Assembly: GCA_036172245.1 (NCBI GenBank)
Contig: JAYWIR010000024.1
Span: 2,108,001-2,172,000, forward strand
Source: Raillietiella orientalis
Lineage: Eukaryota
Length of the DNA: 64,000 bases
Reading direction: 5' to 3'
In this document: in pieces, positions 11,326 to 24,765 of the stretch
How the letters are laid out: every line of letters starts with the position of its first letter
Numbering within the stretch: the first letter of the stretch is position 1
Made by a program: the position numbers and the translations under genes
The notes under the pieces: generated by a model
What the model was told of the DNA's origin: nothing
Seen by the model: only the letters and a program-made list of their open reading frames with translations
Databases searched by the model: none

Positions 11326-13635
11326 CACCCGGATACGCCGGGACGTTTATGAAAAACATTTCTACAGTCAATACAGAACGTGGTACAAGGCCCCACTGAC
11401 GGCCACGCAATACCGGAACTGCCGGGACACCGGGACGCAGCCCGGTGTGGCTCTCCTCGGCAGTGGAGGGGGATGGAGGAGAAAACAAAAATTAAATAAA
11501 AAGAGAAAAACAAACAACAAAAGGAGTTTGGAGGGCCGGGAAGGGATCACAGACAACTGCTGGGAGGGCCCATCCTTTGCAGGATGCCTTTGAGTTCCAT
11601 TTTCATTTTTCCCAGATGGGGCCATCGGGTAGCTCTCTGCAGGAAGCGAATAGCATACTCGATGACGTCCCTCACGATGTAGTCTTCATCTTCGGCATCA
11701 CTCCAGGCCGCCACGATACCACGAATGCAGCAAAGTGCTGCCAGGGCTGCGGCTGGACTGAGGGCGTCCCGCACGAAGACTGTAAACGCATCTAACGTTG
11801 CCACCATCCGGTATCCCAAGGGCCGTTTTAAGACGATCCCAAAGAATCCGGACGGCAGGGCAATCAACTAAGAGGTGGGGGAGCGACTCCCGCTCCCCAC
11901 ACCTAGCACACGCAGGATTTACTCTTCCCCGCGTCCAGTGGAAGAGGCGCGCGTTGCAGGGTAGACCCCAATGCAGCCACAGAAGCTCCGATTCTTGCCA
12001 CTTCAGGGGAAGAATCCTGGATCCAAGTAGAACCGGGGCCATTTCAGGTCATCCAATCGAATGCCGAGCAGCTCGCCCCATCTTCTTAATCCATGCGGCT
12101 GGAGACTAGGGGTCGTCGCATCTGTCAACTCTCCCATGATCCAGCCGCTCATCATCTTCTCTCTGCCTGCGATACGGCAGCAGACTTGCCACCTTGGCTT
12201 CCGGCTTTCGTGAAGCGCCCTTCGGAGGAAGGGCATCGCCGTAACAAGGGGTGTCCCTTCCGCCCACGTGCAACTCGGTGGAAATTCAAGAATTTCGCGT
12301 AGAGTTCGGCGGGAGTAAAAGCCGACTCGCAGGCAGTTCATCGGGTCTTCGCACCTCTGGTTCTGCTTGGCCCAGGTGCCAGCAGTCTCCTCCAGCCAAG
12401 CGGAGGAGTTGGCGGGGCCACAAACCATCCAGTCGTTCTCCTTCGCCAGGGTTGCCATGCGGCCGAGCAGTAGACCGCATCTTCGAATCTTCCGGCCAGG
12501 GCACAGAAGAAACGATGCGAGTCCTTCGCAGCGGGACACACGCCTGGCCAGGAGGCGGGCCGGAATGCACCAAGCGGTGCTCCACATCTTCGCTGCGATG
12601 GCGAGGGTTCGCCATCGCAGCTGGATTTCCACGCGCTCCAGCGTCAGGATGCTGAGACCGCCGTCCCGACGCGGAGCGCACAAGTCCTTCAAGGGGACTA
12701 GGGGCCTCCCCTTGCCCCAAAGGGCTATGCGGAGGAGGTCCTTCGTCCGCTTTTTAGATTCCACGGGGGCGGGGCAAACAAAAAGCAAGGGGCGGAGGAT
12801 GGGGGCCGCGAAGGCGTTCCAAACCGCGGCCCGTTCCGGTAGGAAAAACTTGCCTTCCAGGAACGGGCCGATCGCCGTCTCTAGTTTTTGGAGGCAGCTG
12901 GACCACGCTTCCGCAGGGGAGAAGTCCCCCAACGGCACACCAAGGTACTTGAAGTACCTCACCGTGGGGATCCCCAGACGGACCCAGTCCTGCTGCCCTG
13001 CCCACGCCGCTCCAACTGGCACCACCGACGACTTCGCCCTGTTAACCTGTAATCCAGCCCCACGGCTAAGCAGGTCGAAGAACTCCTCGACCGCCGAAAC
13101 CGGGGTGGACATAGGGAGCAGCAGCAGAAGGTCGTCCGCGTACGCTGAAACCGCAGGCGTAGCGGCGCAGTCGGGCGGCAGGTGCGCCAGAGTTTCCCTG
13201 TACGCTTTCAGTACCAACTCAAAGTAGGTACTGAAGAGCAAGGGGCTCAGGCTGTCATCCTGCCGTATCCCACGCCGCACCGGCACGCCGTGCACAGTCC
13301 GCTGAAAGAAACGTTGATGAGCGCGTCGCGCCAGCTGGAGCGCAGATAGGATAATAATGAGGCCGGGAAGCCCAAGCGTTCCAGAAGCTCCAGCAGGAGA
13401 TTCTGGTCAACGCTGTCGAATGCTTTACGCAAGTCGACAGCGACCGCAAGGGCTCCTCCCCCACCCGACCATCCGTCCCATGGCTGACGGACTCACCGGA
13501 ATTCCCGCTGCGCATCAAGCCTCTTTCATGTTGGAGCTCTAGCCAGGTGGAAGCATGGAACAGGTTCGCTTCCATGCTTCGCCCGGGAACAGCATAGGTC
13601 TGCTCCGGGCTGACGAAGTTGTCCGCTACCTGTCC
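11326..13635 (-). mobile_element. L1/Tx1-clade LINE ORF2 (RT plus C-terminal zinc-binding domain), frameshifted and 5'-truncated
   Basis: DLRKAFDSVD, RRGIRQDDSLSPLLF, SAYADD, FKYLGVPL, CARCGERESLPHLLVDC and WPHL motifs; terminal motif at 11326-11351. Confidence 0.93.
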
Positions 13636-13639
13636 CAGC

Positions 13640-15445
13640 TGCGGCGGGGCATCAGGCAGGGCGACAGTTTAAGCCCGTTGCTCTTCAGCATATTCATTGA
13701 GTTGGTGCTGAGGGCGTTCAGGCTGACGTGTCCAGCCTGCCGAGCTCTTGTCCAGGTACGCCGTCCGTGGCGACCTATGCCGATGTCCTGCTTCTCCTTT
13801 TACCCATGACCACACTGGAGTCCAGTCTCGAGGATTTCCTCGAGCTATTCGCCGGGAAGCGGGCATGAGCGTCACCGGAGCAAGAGTGTGGTCGTTCCTG
13901 TTGGTGCGGCGTGGGAGGGGCAATCCGACTCGATCCGCCTGGAGATCTCGATCGCTACGTCTTTGAAGTACTTAGGCGTTCTGCTGGGAAACAGCAGTCC
14001 AGTGGAAGCGTGGTCAGACTGTCTTCGGAAGGCTGCGAGTGCTGTAAGCCCATTCCACCTTGGCAGGTTCCTCCTGACGGAGCAGGCCTCCGTTTGGAAC
14101 ACCTTCGTTGCCCCCCTCTCACGCCCCCTGTTTTTTGTTTGTCCGCTTTCCTACTCGGCCAAGCTCCAGGCACGAAGCCCGTTGAGAAACACTTTGTGGG
14201 GACCCGCGAGGTCCAGGATCCTCCTCAAAGACTTGGAGTCTCTGCGTCGGGATGCCGGCTTGGACATCCTGACTCTGGAGAGGATTGAACTGCAAGTGCA
14301 GTTACGTGTGTTGGCCCTGTGCGCCGACCTTTGGCCCACTCCGTGGTGTGCTCCCGCGCGCCTGCTACTGCGGCGCTGCACCGGCAGCGAAGGACTTCTC
14401 TCGGATCGGACACTCTCTGCTGCCGCATACGGAGCGCGCCACTGGAGAAGCTTCGGTTTCCCTTTGAAACCCCTCTACCGGCTCCTGGTAGCCCACACAT
14501 GGATCTCCTGCCGCCCAACAAACTTTAACGTCTGGCGGCAGGAACCGTTGCATGCCTGAGCAAGGCAACGGGATGTTTCCCTTTTGAAACTCCGTTGCGC
14601 CAACCTCTCTCCGTACTGTACGGTGGAGGAGGTCTGGAACAGCCAGGAGAAGTGGACTCGCCTGGCCGTCACGCCCTTCGCCGACGCGCTGTCAGCCCTC
14701 AGGACAAGTGATGACAGGGCTGCCTACCGGCGAGGTGGGAGGTCGCCTGCACCATCGCAGGAGCAACCCGACCCATGGGCGGCTGGAGAACTAGCGAGTT
14801 GGCAGACGCCGCCACGCATCGCAACATCGCGAAGGGACTCCTTCGGTGGAGCGAACTTTCGAGTGTGCCTCCGGAAGAACTTGTGGTCCCTCCCTCGTGC
14901 TCGAACACTTCTGTATTCCCCCTAACGTGGAAACCGGACGTCATCATGCTGGTGCATTGGGATTTTCACTCCAACCAGCGGACGAACCGTGTTTCCGGGG
15001 GAGTTGTCTCCCCGAACTGCAAACGGTGAGGAGAAGTTGGAACGCTGCCGCACCTGCTCTTGGACTGCCGTGTCCTCCAAGGACTGTGGCGGAGGCTGGC
15101 CTCAGCTCTCCTGCACCAGGGGGACACCGCAATGTACGTCATGTGCCTCTTCTGCGTGGCAGCCTCTCGTTAGGTGCGGTCATCTCAACGATCTGTTGCA
15201 TCCGGGCCATCGTCATAGCCCGCCGTCTAATGGAATCGCGAGAGATACCAAGAGAGATCACCGGAATTGTTGATGTCAACATGAAAACGGCTACCATGTA
15301 GCCTCATCTCGAAGAAGTGAAAATCGGCATCCGACGCCGGTTCTGAAAGGATGGAGCGGTCGAGACCAAAGACCCATGTCCCCATGACCCATGTCCCCCT
15401 CTCCACATCTTTTTTTGTATTTTTTATGTATCTATTTGTGGTCCC
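13640..15445 (+). mobile_element. LINE ORF2 fragment (RT 3' half to 3' UTR), decayed
   Basis: RRGIRQGDSLSPLLF, LKYLGVLL and WPTPWCAPARLL motifs. Cut at 15445 by the right arm of the inverted duplication. Confidence 0.88.
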
Positions 15446-18400
15446 CTCCAGAAGAAGGTGCACGCAAACGCAGAAACTGGCAGCCAAGCAGCATTCGAGA
15501 TGACATGTGTTTCCTGGAAACGCAGCCAGGAAAGAAGGAAAGGGGTCGGCGTGCTGGTGTCCGACGTCGAATGTTCGTAGGGTGTGCAGGGAGCAGCGGG
15601 ATCCACAAGTCTGGAAAAACCCTCTGGAGACTCTCCATTCAGCGTGAGACGAGAGAACGCAAGGTCAACGAGTGCGATTGGAGAAGACTCGCATAGGTGG
15701 CCAAGGGAACCCATCCTCGCTATCAAGGGGTTGTACTTTACTGATAGACAGGCACGACAGAAGAACTTTAGCGATACTTCGCAGCAGTGGGAACAGTTCT
15801 GCTATTGCAATACCACACCAACTGTGATGGCAATGGTTTTTTTATGCCATACAGCTACCTTCTCTTGACAGGGGTAACATCTAGAATAAAGGATGAGAAG
15901 GAAGAAGAACTGGACTCCATAGAAGCATCCGTCGTGCTAATTGTTTCCGTTCCATCGGTGGTTGTGTCCGTTCCATCGGTGGTTGTGTCCGTTCCATCAG
16001 TTGTTGTGTCCGTTCATCGGTGGTGGTTTCCCTTCCAGTGGTTTCTGTGTCCATAATGCCTGCCTTTTCTCCCCCACCAACTGTCATTTACTTTGCGCAA
16101 CTTTGTTTTCTTGTCATATCAGTTGAGTTCCGTGCGCACGAAAACACTAAGACTGTGGAATTCGTGGTGAGAGTGAACGTAAACAAATAACAGAGCTTTA
16201 CCTGAGGTTGTGGTTGGAAGCATATTGTTCTTCTTCACTTTTCCGAAAATGCAAAATCCTTTATCGGATAATTTCTCCTCACTTATGAGAATGATTTCCA
16301 TATTGGAGCCTTGATAGCTGGTAGAGATTTCTCTCTCTTGGTCCAGTGTGGACTCATTGAATCTTCTCACTTCCGGAAGCGAAGGATCTGCCTCTGACGC
16401 AGTTACCACGTACAGGTTGTATATCGGACCAGCAGCAGGAGGAAGACGTCGAAGGATCACCGATGCTTGAAGGGAAGTCCCGGGCTATTTCAAAATAGAA
16501 AAACGGGTAGTGATCGGAAAGCGGTCACTTCTCGCGATCTTTGATTTCGGAACTTTCTGTTTTTCGACAAGCAGTTGGACATTCGGCATTAATCCCTCTG
16601 TAAAAAGAGGGCTTCCCATCGAGATTCACAAAAACAAACAAGAACGACCGACTCGAACAAGGATTGTTTCTTTCGTGAGCGAGGTCGCGGCGGCCATTTG
16701 ACCAGTCATCTCCGAATAAAGCCTATAACCTGCCATCTGCTTTCTTGTTCACTGGACGGGTGCTCCACTTTACGCACCCAAGTGGACCCGGATGTTGACG
16801 AAGAGCGTCGCAGCGACCCTCACCTGGAGTGCCACGAAGGACGTGATCTCGTTACTTCCCGATGCAATGACCTCCAGCTGGGGAAGACGGAAGTACTCGT
16901 GCTCACGATCAGGGACGTATGGATGTGGCGTTGGCACACTCTTGAGAGTGATGAGAATTCCCTGGAGCATGGTGTCGACGAGTGCGATGGATGCCCTCTT
17001 GAAGACGCTGTATTTTTGTTCTTCTCGGAGATTTCGGAAAGCAACCCTAAAACGTATAACGGCCTTCAGAGCAAATCATGGAGGAATTTTGTTCCCTTCC
17101 GCGTTGCCGCCGCGTGCTAGTCGCAGTTGGTTCCGGAAGACATTGCTTGGCGCGCACTCGCCCGATCTTCTGCCTGAAGAATTCTCGTACACGCGCTGGG
17201 CGTCGCTGTCGAAATGCGGTCGCATTGCTGGGGCTCGAAAAGAACTCCGTTTCAGAAGGGAGAGATTTGGGTGACGCATGGGGGGAAAAAGACACGTCCC
17301 CAAGTGCAGTCGCTGGTTCCCCTGGGAGAGATCGATTCCCGGCGCAAGCAAGCAGCGGGACGCGCGAGTCCACTTGATTTTGGTGACACTTACGTTTTTG
17401 ATCTGATGACGTCCTCGAAGAACAAATGTCCTCCCGTATTTCTTGTGTCTGCCGTCGGTATTATGGTCAATTCCACAAGAGGAGAGAAGATTGCGGCCTG
17501 CTCATGAAAACCTCAGATTCCTATGGTGGCAATTCTTGGGTGTTTACTCACACTGAGACTTATTGTACACGTAACTGGCACGCTACTAGGAAGTGGTATC
17601 TGTAGTTGATATAGTTTTCTGCTCAGGACAACTAGGCTGCAAGATGGTTGTTGATGCATTGCAATCTCCCCATGGAAGGTAGAAGTTGCCACGTTCCACG
17701 AGAATGCCTAGAAGAGAAGAAACAATTGTCTCTGGAGAATTTTCCTTCTGTCATTTGTGTACACTTTGTGCTGTCGGTTTTTAAATGGATTGCGTTCAAA
17801 AGGTCTGTCTTACCTGCAGGAATACTACGGTGATGGCCTTTGCGATCATCATGTTTTTTCCTCTTGATGCCCTCTACGCAATTGTAAAGACAGCGGGTTT
17901 CCTGGAAAGGCGGCACATAGAAGTGATGAATAAACGGATACGAGAGCGTTGAATCTGCATAATTTGTGGACATGACCATGATCTTATGGCGTCCGTGTGG
18001 GCAATCTTAGTTGTGTGATGACGTAGGAGGGGAAATGTCGGTGTTCGAATGATGAGCCGGTGTTCGGTGTAGCAGCAGCCGCCTGCAATTCAACTCGTCA
18101 TCATCTGACTTTGCTTTTAGAGTTGCATTTCTTCAATAAAAAAGTTTAAAAAGGGAGTGTTACGTTTTATTATCGCTTTCGATGGCTGTTTGCACGTCAA
18201 CATACTTTATTTGCTGGAAAGGTTGGAGTCTTTTGCTTCCCTTTGACGGTCCAGCGTGTGCTCAGTGACCTTCGATGCACAGCAATGAGGAACCATTTCT
18301 CTCTTCAGCCTTTCGGATGCATCTGCAGAATCCGGATGTTGCTTCAACTGCGACATTAGGGAACTCGTTTGTATAATTTTGTGCATCCCTGTCGTGCAGT

Positions 18401-18600
18401 CACGTGATGCTCATGTATTCAGTGTACCCCTTCCAATTCCAGGTTGCCCCAACGGTACAGCTCCGTACACCACTGCTATCCTTCCAAGGGCCACTGCCTA
18501 CGGTGGTGCACGCATCGGAAATCGGACACTCCCTTGTGTCCTGGACACCATGGAGTCGCTGGTGAAGTGTGCGTTCGTCATTGGTCGTGAGGTGGGCATT
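15446..18600 (-). repeat. Right arm of large inverted duplication (partner 3460-7127)
   Basis: Reverse complement of the left arm; shorter because the 21-bp array has only 4 units. Confidence 0.97.
15881..17852 (-). CDS. CUB-like secreted protein, family copy 2 (stalk reduced to 4 units with a 1-bp deletion; possible pseudogene)
   Basis: Mirror exons 17852-17814 (MMIAKAITVVFLQ), 17707-17552, 17497-17394, 17046-16824 and 16484-16202, then a diverged intron and last exon (~16080-15881). ccgttcatcgg at ~16010-16020 lacks one base of the repeat unit, shifting the frame to ERTQQL/MERTQPP. Confidence 0.65.
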
Positions 18601-21242
18601 GGTCAGCAGCACAGTGAGTTTCCTTTGCTTCGTCTCTTTACGCTTCCGTGCATTCGATGGACGGGTAGAGTAGGACGTAAACCGAGTGCGGGGTCTCGTC
18701 TTCGTGTTCCGATTGCCATTGAGTGGTCTGCTTGCCCGCCTGTGGCAATGCGTTATGGTTGGGAGTGCCTGGCAGCTTCGTTTGGCTCTCCCAAGACCCT
18801 TTGATCGTCTCTTATGTCCGTGTGTGTCCATCCTTCGGCGTGATGTCGGTGGCGACGTGCAGGGTGCGTGCTGGAGCGTGCTGCCCCTGGAATTTGGCAT
18901 CCATGAGCTCCTGCTTCACTGTTTCCGGGCTCCGTTGAGTTCTGAGAGTCATTTGGGAGAGGTTTTTTTCTTAATATTACGTTGAGTGACGTCATGGGAA
19001 GCAGACGTTTCGTCCGCATGCTCGATCTGTGTCGAGACGTTTGCGTGGATACGTGGATATCTTCCTTGACCGCTCAAGTTTTTTCTTGGTGCTGTTTTTT
19101 TTTGCAGAGGGTTTTTTGAGTTTCATGCGGTTTATGTGCGAATGGCCTTCTGGTTTGGATGTTAGCCAGCTGGATGGTAGACAACGAAAAGAGGCGTGAC
19201 TGAATCCCTGCGAAGATCCGACCTGTCATTCTGCAGGATTGTCTCTTCTAGTTCACGCTGTTGGCCATTTGGGTGGTTGAATGCGATGCTGTCATTCCGT
19301 TCTGAACCTCCCGCACTCCCTCTGGCAGCGTGGAACATGGTTTCCACCTGAGGCTATTGCAAAGGACCTCTTATTTAGAATGGTCTCAGTCTATTTACCG
19401 TTTTTCAACGAAGATTTGAGCGTCTCACAACTTTGAACCCCGCCGGAAGAGGTTCCTGGAGAAGCTCCGGAGGGACTGGTTGCACTTAACGCACGTGTGG
19501 CCCACTCACCTCTTATCATGCGTCAACATATGCGGATGGGGCAAAGTTGCTGAGCCTGTTGGGGAAAGCCAAAGGTTGGTTTGCAGAGATGCACACCACA
19601 AACCTGTTGATACAAGAACTTTGGGCATACAAATCTATACGCCAGTGAGCCTCATGTATAACCTTTGCTTGCTGGTAGGATAAGAGGACAAAGACGGTCA
19701 GCCTTGTGGAATCATTCGAACATTATGGCTGCTGAGCTGTTTTCGTCAGCGAGAGGTTCCGAAACAAAGATGGAGAGGATGCCCGATAGGTGGACCAGTC
19801 AGAATCCCAGGAAAAACTCCAAGTACCCCTGAAGAACTCTTCCATCCACGCGGTGAGACCCCAAGATCGCCTCAGAGATTCCAAGAGCCTTTTTGTGTGT
19901 GCTGACCTCCGCATCTTCTCTCCGAAGGCTTTTGCAGAAGCGTGCAAGGTTTTCATCAAAACCAGCCCGGCGAAGACCGTCGGCTGCCGTCACCACGGCC
20001 CCCAGGAGGAAGAGTCCCTGGGCACACCCCCGTATACCCGCCGACCACGGGACAGCTCCAGCGGCGCCAGCTCTCTCGCCGAGTAGAGCGAGGGGAGGAG
20101 GGAAGTCCACGGTGCGGAGGGCCCCAAGGAGAGGACCGCCGCTCCCCTGTGCGCCCGAGCAGCAGCTGGGAAAAGTCGACGTCCCCAATGGTCTCGACCT
20201 CCTTACCCTGGTCACGGACCTTGGCACAGTCCAGGATCTGGCCGCCATGAGAGACCCTCCCCCCTTTCTTGAAGGCCCGTCGACCTCGGGGAGGGCCACA
20301 AGACTGACCTGGGACTCTCCCTGCCTCTCTCCAAGCTCCTCCTTTCCCCGCCCGCATTCGGCGTCTACGACCACCGCGGCGACGGGGATGGGAGCTCCCG
20401 GAATGCCCCTCCGTCCGGAGTCCCCCGGAAACAGCCCTCCCGGACGGACACGGACCACCGAGACCCCGAGGGGTCCCGTCATGGCAAGGACTTTGCGCGG
20501 ACGACCGCTTCCTCTCCGTTCTCTCCCTGCTCCGTGAGGACGAGCGCCTGAGCCCCTCCTTTCCAGAAGTCCTGGTGTGCCGTTCGATCTGGCAGCTCCC
20601 ACCCGCGCCTGCCCTGGGCCAAGAGGGAGACCGCTGGTGCCAGCGATGGCGCCCCTTCTCCGGGTGGAGCCCCAAGGGAGAAGACATGAGAAACATCGAA
20701 AAAAAAAAAAAAAACAGCACGATAAGCAGGCATCCGAATGTCAACGGGTTCTCCAGGAAACGAAGATGCAAACCTAGCAACCGCGCTGGGCACGCCTTTT
20801 GAAACTCGAGGGTCAGCCATGGACTTTGCCAGAGCTCGTGCTCTGCGCAGCGAGAGGTTGCGGCAAAACTGAGAGCTGCCCTCCGCCCTTCCCATCTCGA
20901 GAGCGGATGGTGATATCACGGAACGTCGTTGATACGCGCGTGCGTGGAAAAATCCTCTCCCGGTTGTTCCAGACTCGAGCGAAACCGATCCGCCTCGACA
21001 GGCGCGCTTCCGGAAACGCGAAACCCCCCAGCGTGCTTCTCGAGCGCCGAATCAACAGGAGGGTCGCCTCCGTCTCGGCCTCCTCCTCTGGCGCGGCTCC
21101 CACCCCGCGGAGGGGCGTTGCCCGCTCGGCCGCACCGCGGCGCGCCACGCCGCCACGTTTCCGCTGCCTTCCCGTCGGTCCGCCTGTTTCTCCTGCTTGC
21201 GCGTGCCTTTCAGCAACGCTCGAGGAGGAATCTAGGAATTTT

Positions 21243-21900
21243 CGCCCGGACACACGCCGAGTGGCGATTGCCGCTCGCGAGCAGTTTGCCGACAAAGGTA
21301 GCAAAGAGAGAAAACAAAACAACAACAATAAAACAACGAGAAAATTGTCTGCAACAGTTTGGGGGCAAAGGAAGAGCTCACGGTGGGGTTCCTGTCGTCC
21401 TCAGCATCCTTTCCAGGATGCCGGCAGGTGCGTCCCGGAGATGTGCGGCGTGCGGTTATCTTCTTGCTATCCTCTCGAAAGAGAAGACGATAAACGGCAT
21501 CTCCGTTGGTCCAGCCTCTTTCGCCATAGTTTCCTGCCTTGGCGGCTCCGCGGAGGCAGTACAAGGCTGAGATCACAACCGCGGTCGACGCTGAGCCGTG
21601 AGCGAGGGGACCTTCCAACGCGTCTTTGGGTCATCCCTTGGGAGCGCAGGCCCGTGACAAGACGTCCCCTTACACTTCAGAGGGCAATACATCCGGTCGA
21701 CAGGAGCAGGAAGGCTTCCCTTGCGCTGCTCTATGCCCAGTCCGGAGCCTCAGTGTCCCTGGTCCACTGGTGACTTCATGCGGCCTCGTAACCGGAACCT
21801 CATGAAGGGCGCTTGGGCTCCTGCGAAGACAGATCGCCGCCTCCCTGAGGGAAGGACATCGGCGGATCTCCTGCCTTGGACCTCCCCGCAAACTGCAACG
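21243..21900 (-). mobile_element. Decayed LINE 3' end
   Basis: AVVISALYCLRG.. is homologous to AALCCIRGIV; T-rich UTR and a variant terminal motif at 21243-21270. Confidence 0.55.
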
Positions 21901-22599
21901 CATGGAGGAAGAGGGTACCTGCATCCGCACCACCATGGTTCGCCCCCTCCACCACCCGGGAGTAGTCTCCTCATAGGGAGCGGAAAGGGAAGAAGGAAGC
22001 CCGAAGTCACTGCCGACCAACCCCTTCCCGGGACGCAGATCTGTCCTCCCTAGGAGAGGGAACCGGTGAGGTGAGTGACCTTGAGGCAGGAGCGAAGAAA
22101 CTGGCGGGTCAGCGGAAGACTGACGCGGAGACACCCAGTGCCCGCGCTAAAGGACTGTCACATGAAGCACTAACCCGTCGGAGATTGTGACTCCCACCTC
22201 CATTCCATCCGCTGTTTTCAAGCTCCATGCACTCCCTCAGATGAAAGCACCCTGGGACTTCCCGTGCAACCGACAGCATCGCCGGACGAGAGGGAGCGGC
22301 GTCTTCCGGAACTCTGAAAGCCGCGGAGGGGTTGAAACGTCCCCACACCCCCTGCGGTGATCTACGGAGAGCTCGTGCAAACTCCTCGTAGCTGCTAAGC
22401 CTCGACTCAGAGACACTCTGAAAGAGCTGCTGGGGTGCCGCTCCACGCGAGACGGCCTTTCTTCTCCTTCTCTGATCGTCCAACCTTGCATTGGACCCAA
22501 AGGGTCACCGCCCGAAGTGGTGCGCCAACAGGGAAGGAAGGACCACCACGTGCCTCACCTTTTCAGTGGGGCTTACACCCGGTCTGACCGCATCTCCAA

Positions 22600-23820
22600 A
22601 ACGTAGAGGCGTCTCCTTTTTGCTTGCCCTGCTCCCTCTGCCATCAAAGAGCGAACCGAGGATCTCCAGAGGAAATCCCTGTGGGGCATAGGAAGGTCTC
22701 TGTGTCGGGATGGTAGAATGAGCCTGCTCATGCTGGAGTGGATGGAGCGCCAGCTCCAATTCCGAAGGCTCGCTCTTGCGACGAAGTTATGGCTCACGCC
22801 TTGGTGCGCACCAGAACGCCTTTTCTTCAGGCGAGCAACCGGCTGCGACAGAATGACTTTGGTCCTCGTCGCCAACGAAGACTGGCCATCAACTTCGGAA
22901 AATGGTTGCCTCCTGCCTCTCCGCGAACCGTACTGTCTGGCTGCAGATGTCAGTTTCCGCATGAGGAAAGATCAACGGCTCAAGCGAGACGGAAGATGCC
23001 TGCCTGCGAAGAGACAGATGAGCTCCTCAGTCGCTGCGGGAGATGGTGCGCAACGGGCGCAAGATGCTGTGGGCTTCGTCTACCCCCCTTGCTCCCTCCC
23101 TTAGGGAAGCAAGGGACAGAGACCATCCAGCAAGGTAGGGATCATCGGACCAGGGCGATTGTGGGAAGGTGCGGGAAGAGGGAGATCCTTTCGCGTCTGC
23201 TTCTAGGCTGTGCTGACCCCCGACCCCTTTGGAGTCTCCTAGAGAGGACTCAGAGAATCCTAGTGGGCAGCCCCAGGGTCATTTTCAAACACCCCTTCGT
23301 GAGGGCCTCAGTGCCGCTAACCTCGTCCCTCGCAATTCACTGCAAACTGATTTTTCGCGGAAGACTGCAGTGAACTGCAGTCTTCGCAAAATGGTGGTGG
23401 CCTGAAGCGTCACGAGAAGAGGTCAGAATGGAAGGGACGTTGTCCACTGGTCGGGAATCTTCTTGAGGATCGCCACGAGATGGCCCATCTGGACGATATT
23501 CGCGACGAACTTGCCGGCATCCTGGACAGGATGCAGAGGACGTCTCGCAGCGAACAGTGATCCCTTCCTCAATTCCCCCCTCCCCCCTTCCCGAGAAAAA
23601 CTGCTTAGTCCTTTTTTCGTTTGTTTTATTTTTGTTCTCGGTTTTTCCCTTTCCCTTCGCCGTCGAAGTGGACCTCGCCGGTCAGCGTACCGGAATTTGA
23701 CAGGTTGAATGTGTTTTTATTTAGCACATGGTTGAACCACGTGTTCTACCATGAAAATGTGTTTTTTTATTATTGTTTTTTATAATGGATGCTCCCGTAA
23801 AACCGGTGAGAAACCTCTGC
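22600..23820 (+). mobile_element. Decayed LINE 3' half
   Basis: LLFACPAP..SLWG, LWLTPWCAP, CGKREILSRLLLGC, ATRWPI motifs and a T-rich UTR. Confidence 0.65.
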
Positions 23821-24765
23821 AGTGAGCAAAAGGGGAAAGGTAGAAGAGCAAAAAGGACCAAAGGATTCCAGAGCGAAGGACGATACCTCCTGCATCACTT
23901 GTGGGTTACAGAACACGCGACGGGCGTGACCGGTGACCCCTGTTCTATCCCTTTCCTTTTATTTATTTATTCTCCCCTCCCCTACACTCTCCCTGCCCTC
24001 CTGCGTAGCCAGGCTGCGAGTCGTTGGCTTTCTTTATTTGTTTTTCTCCTCGCCCTGAAGTTTTCGTGGACCGCAGGATTAAATAATGTCCTCTGCCTCT
24101 TCATATTCTTTTTCAGGGAGGTAGGGATGGGAGTGCATGGGACGCCCCTGTGCAACCGGGTGAAAGTGGTGACGGCGTGCGTTGCAAAGGACAGCCCAAA
24201 GCGACTGTTGCAACTCCGAGTTCTGCCTCTTCATGGGAAACAAGGAGCTATATCTCCGGATAGGAAGTCAAGACACCCGAGGTCTCTCCGAAGCTGCCCG
24301 AAGATACCTTCTTCGAAAGGGATTTCTAGAGGATACTCCCAGCAGAGAAGTCCTTAGGGATGAACAAAGGCGAGATGAGGGGAGATTGAAACATCAGTCA
24401 AAGGTCGCGTCGTCCAGCATCCAAGCAGTATTTCCCCTCCTGAGACTTCGCAGGACACCGCCCGAATTGCCGCTTGCTCACCGCCAGCGTCCTACCGTGG
24501 GGAGGGCAGTCCATCTGCAAACAGAGCTCACTCAGCACGCGCGTTCTTCCAGCATCTCCTGCAATGGAAGCAAAAGGCAAACGAAGAACCTCCCCTCATC
24601 TCCTGGGGAGGCGCTGCGATTGCGCCGGGCTCGTGCGGTCGAGCCCGACTTCGAACTGCTCCCGGCTCCCAGATCCCGCAGCTTCCGGGCGAACAAGACA
24701 TGCAGGAGTAGTCCTGCGTCAAGCCGAAGCCCACGCCTGCATCGAGGCCAGCCTCGGTATTCCGA

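Noticed and set aside
18310..18613. Candidate exon with donor ca|gtgagt diverging from CUB-like copy 2
   Set aside because: Peptide not recognisable, and no start codon or downstream exon could be linked.
19700..21200. Several 200-320 aa overlapping ORFs (similar cases at 38896-41800 and 49000-50200)
   Set aside because: GC-rich DNA open in many frames with Arg/Pro/Ser-biased composition and no recognisable domain; probably TE-derived or spurious.
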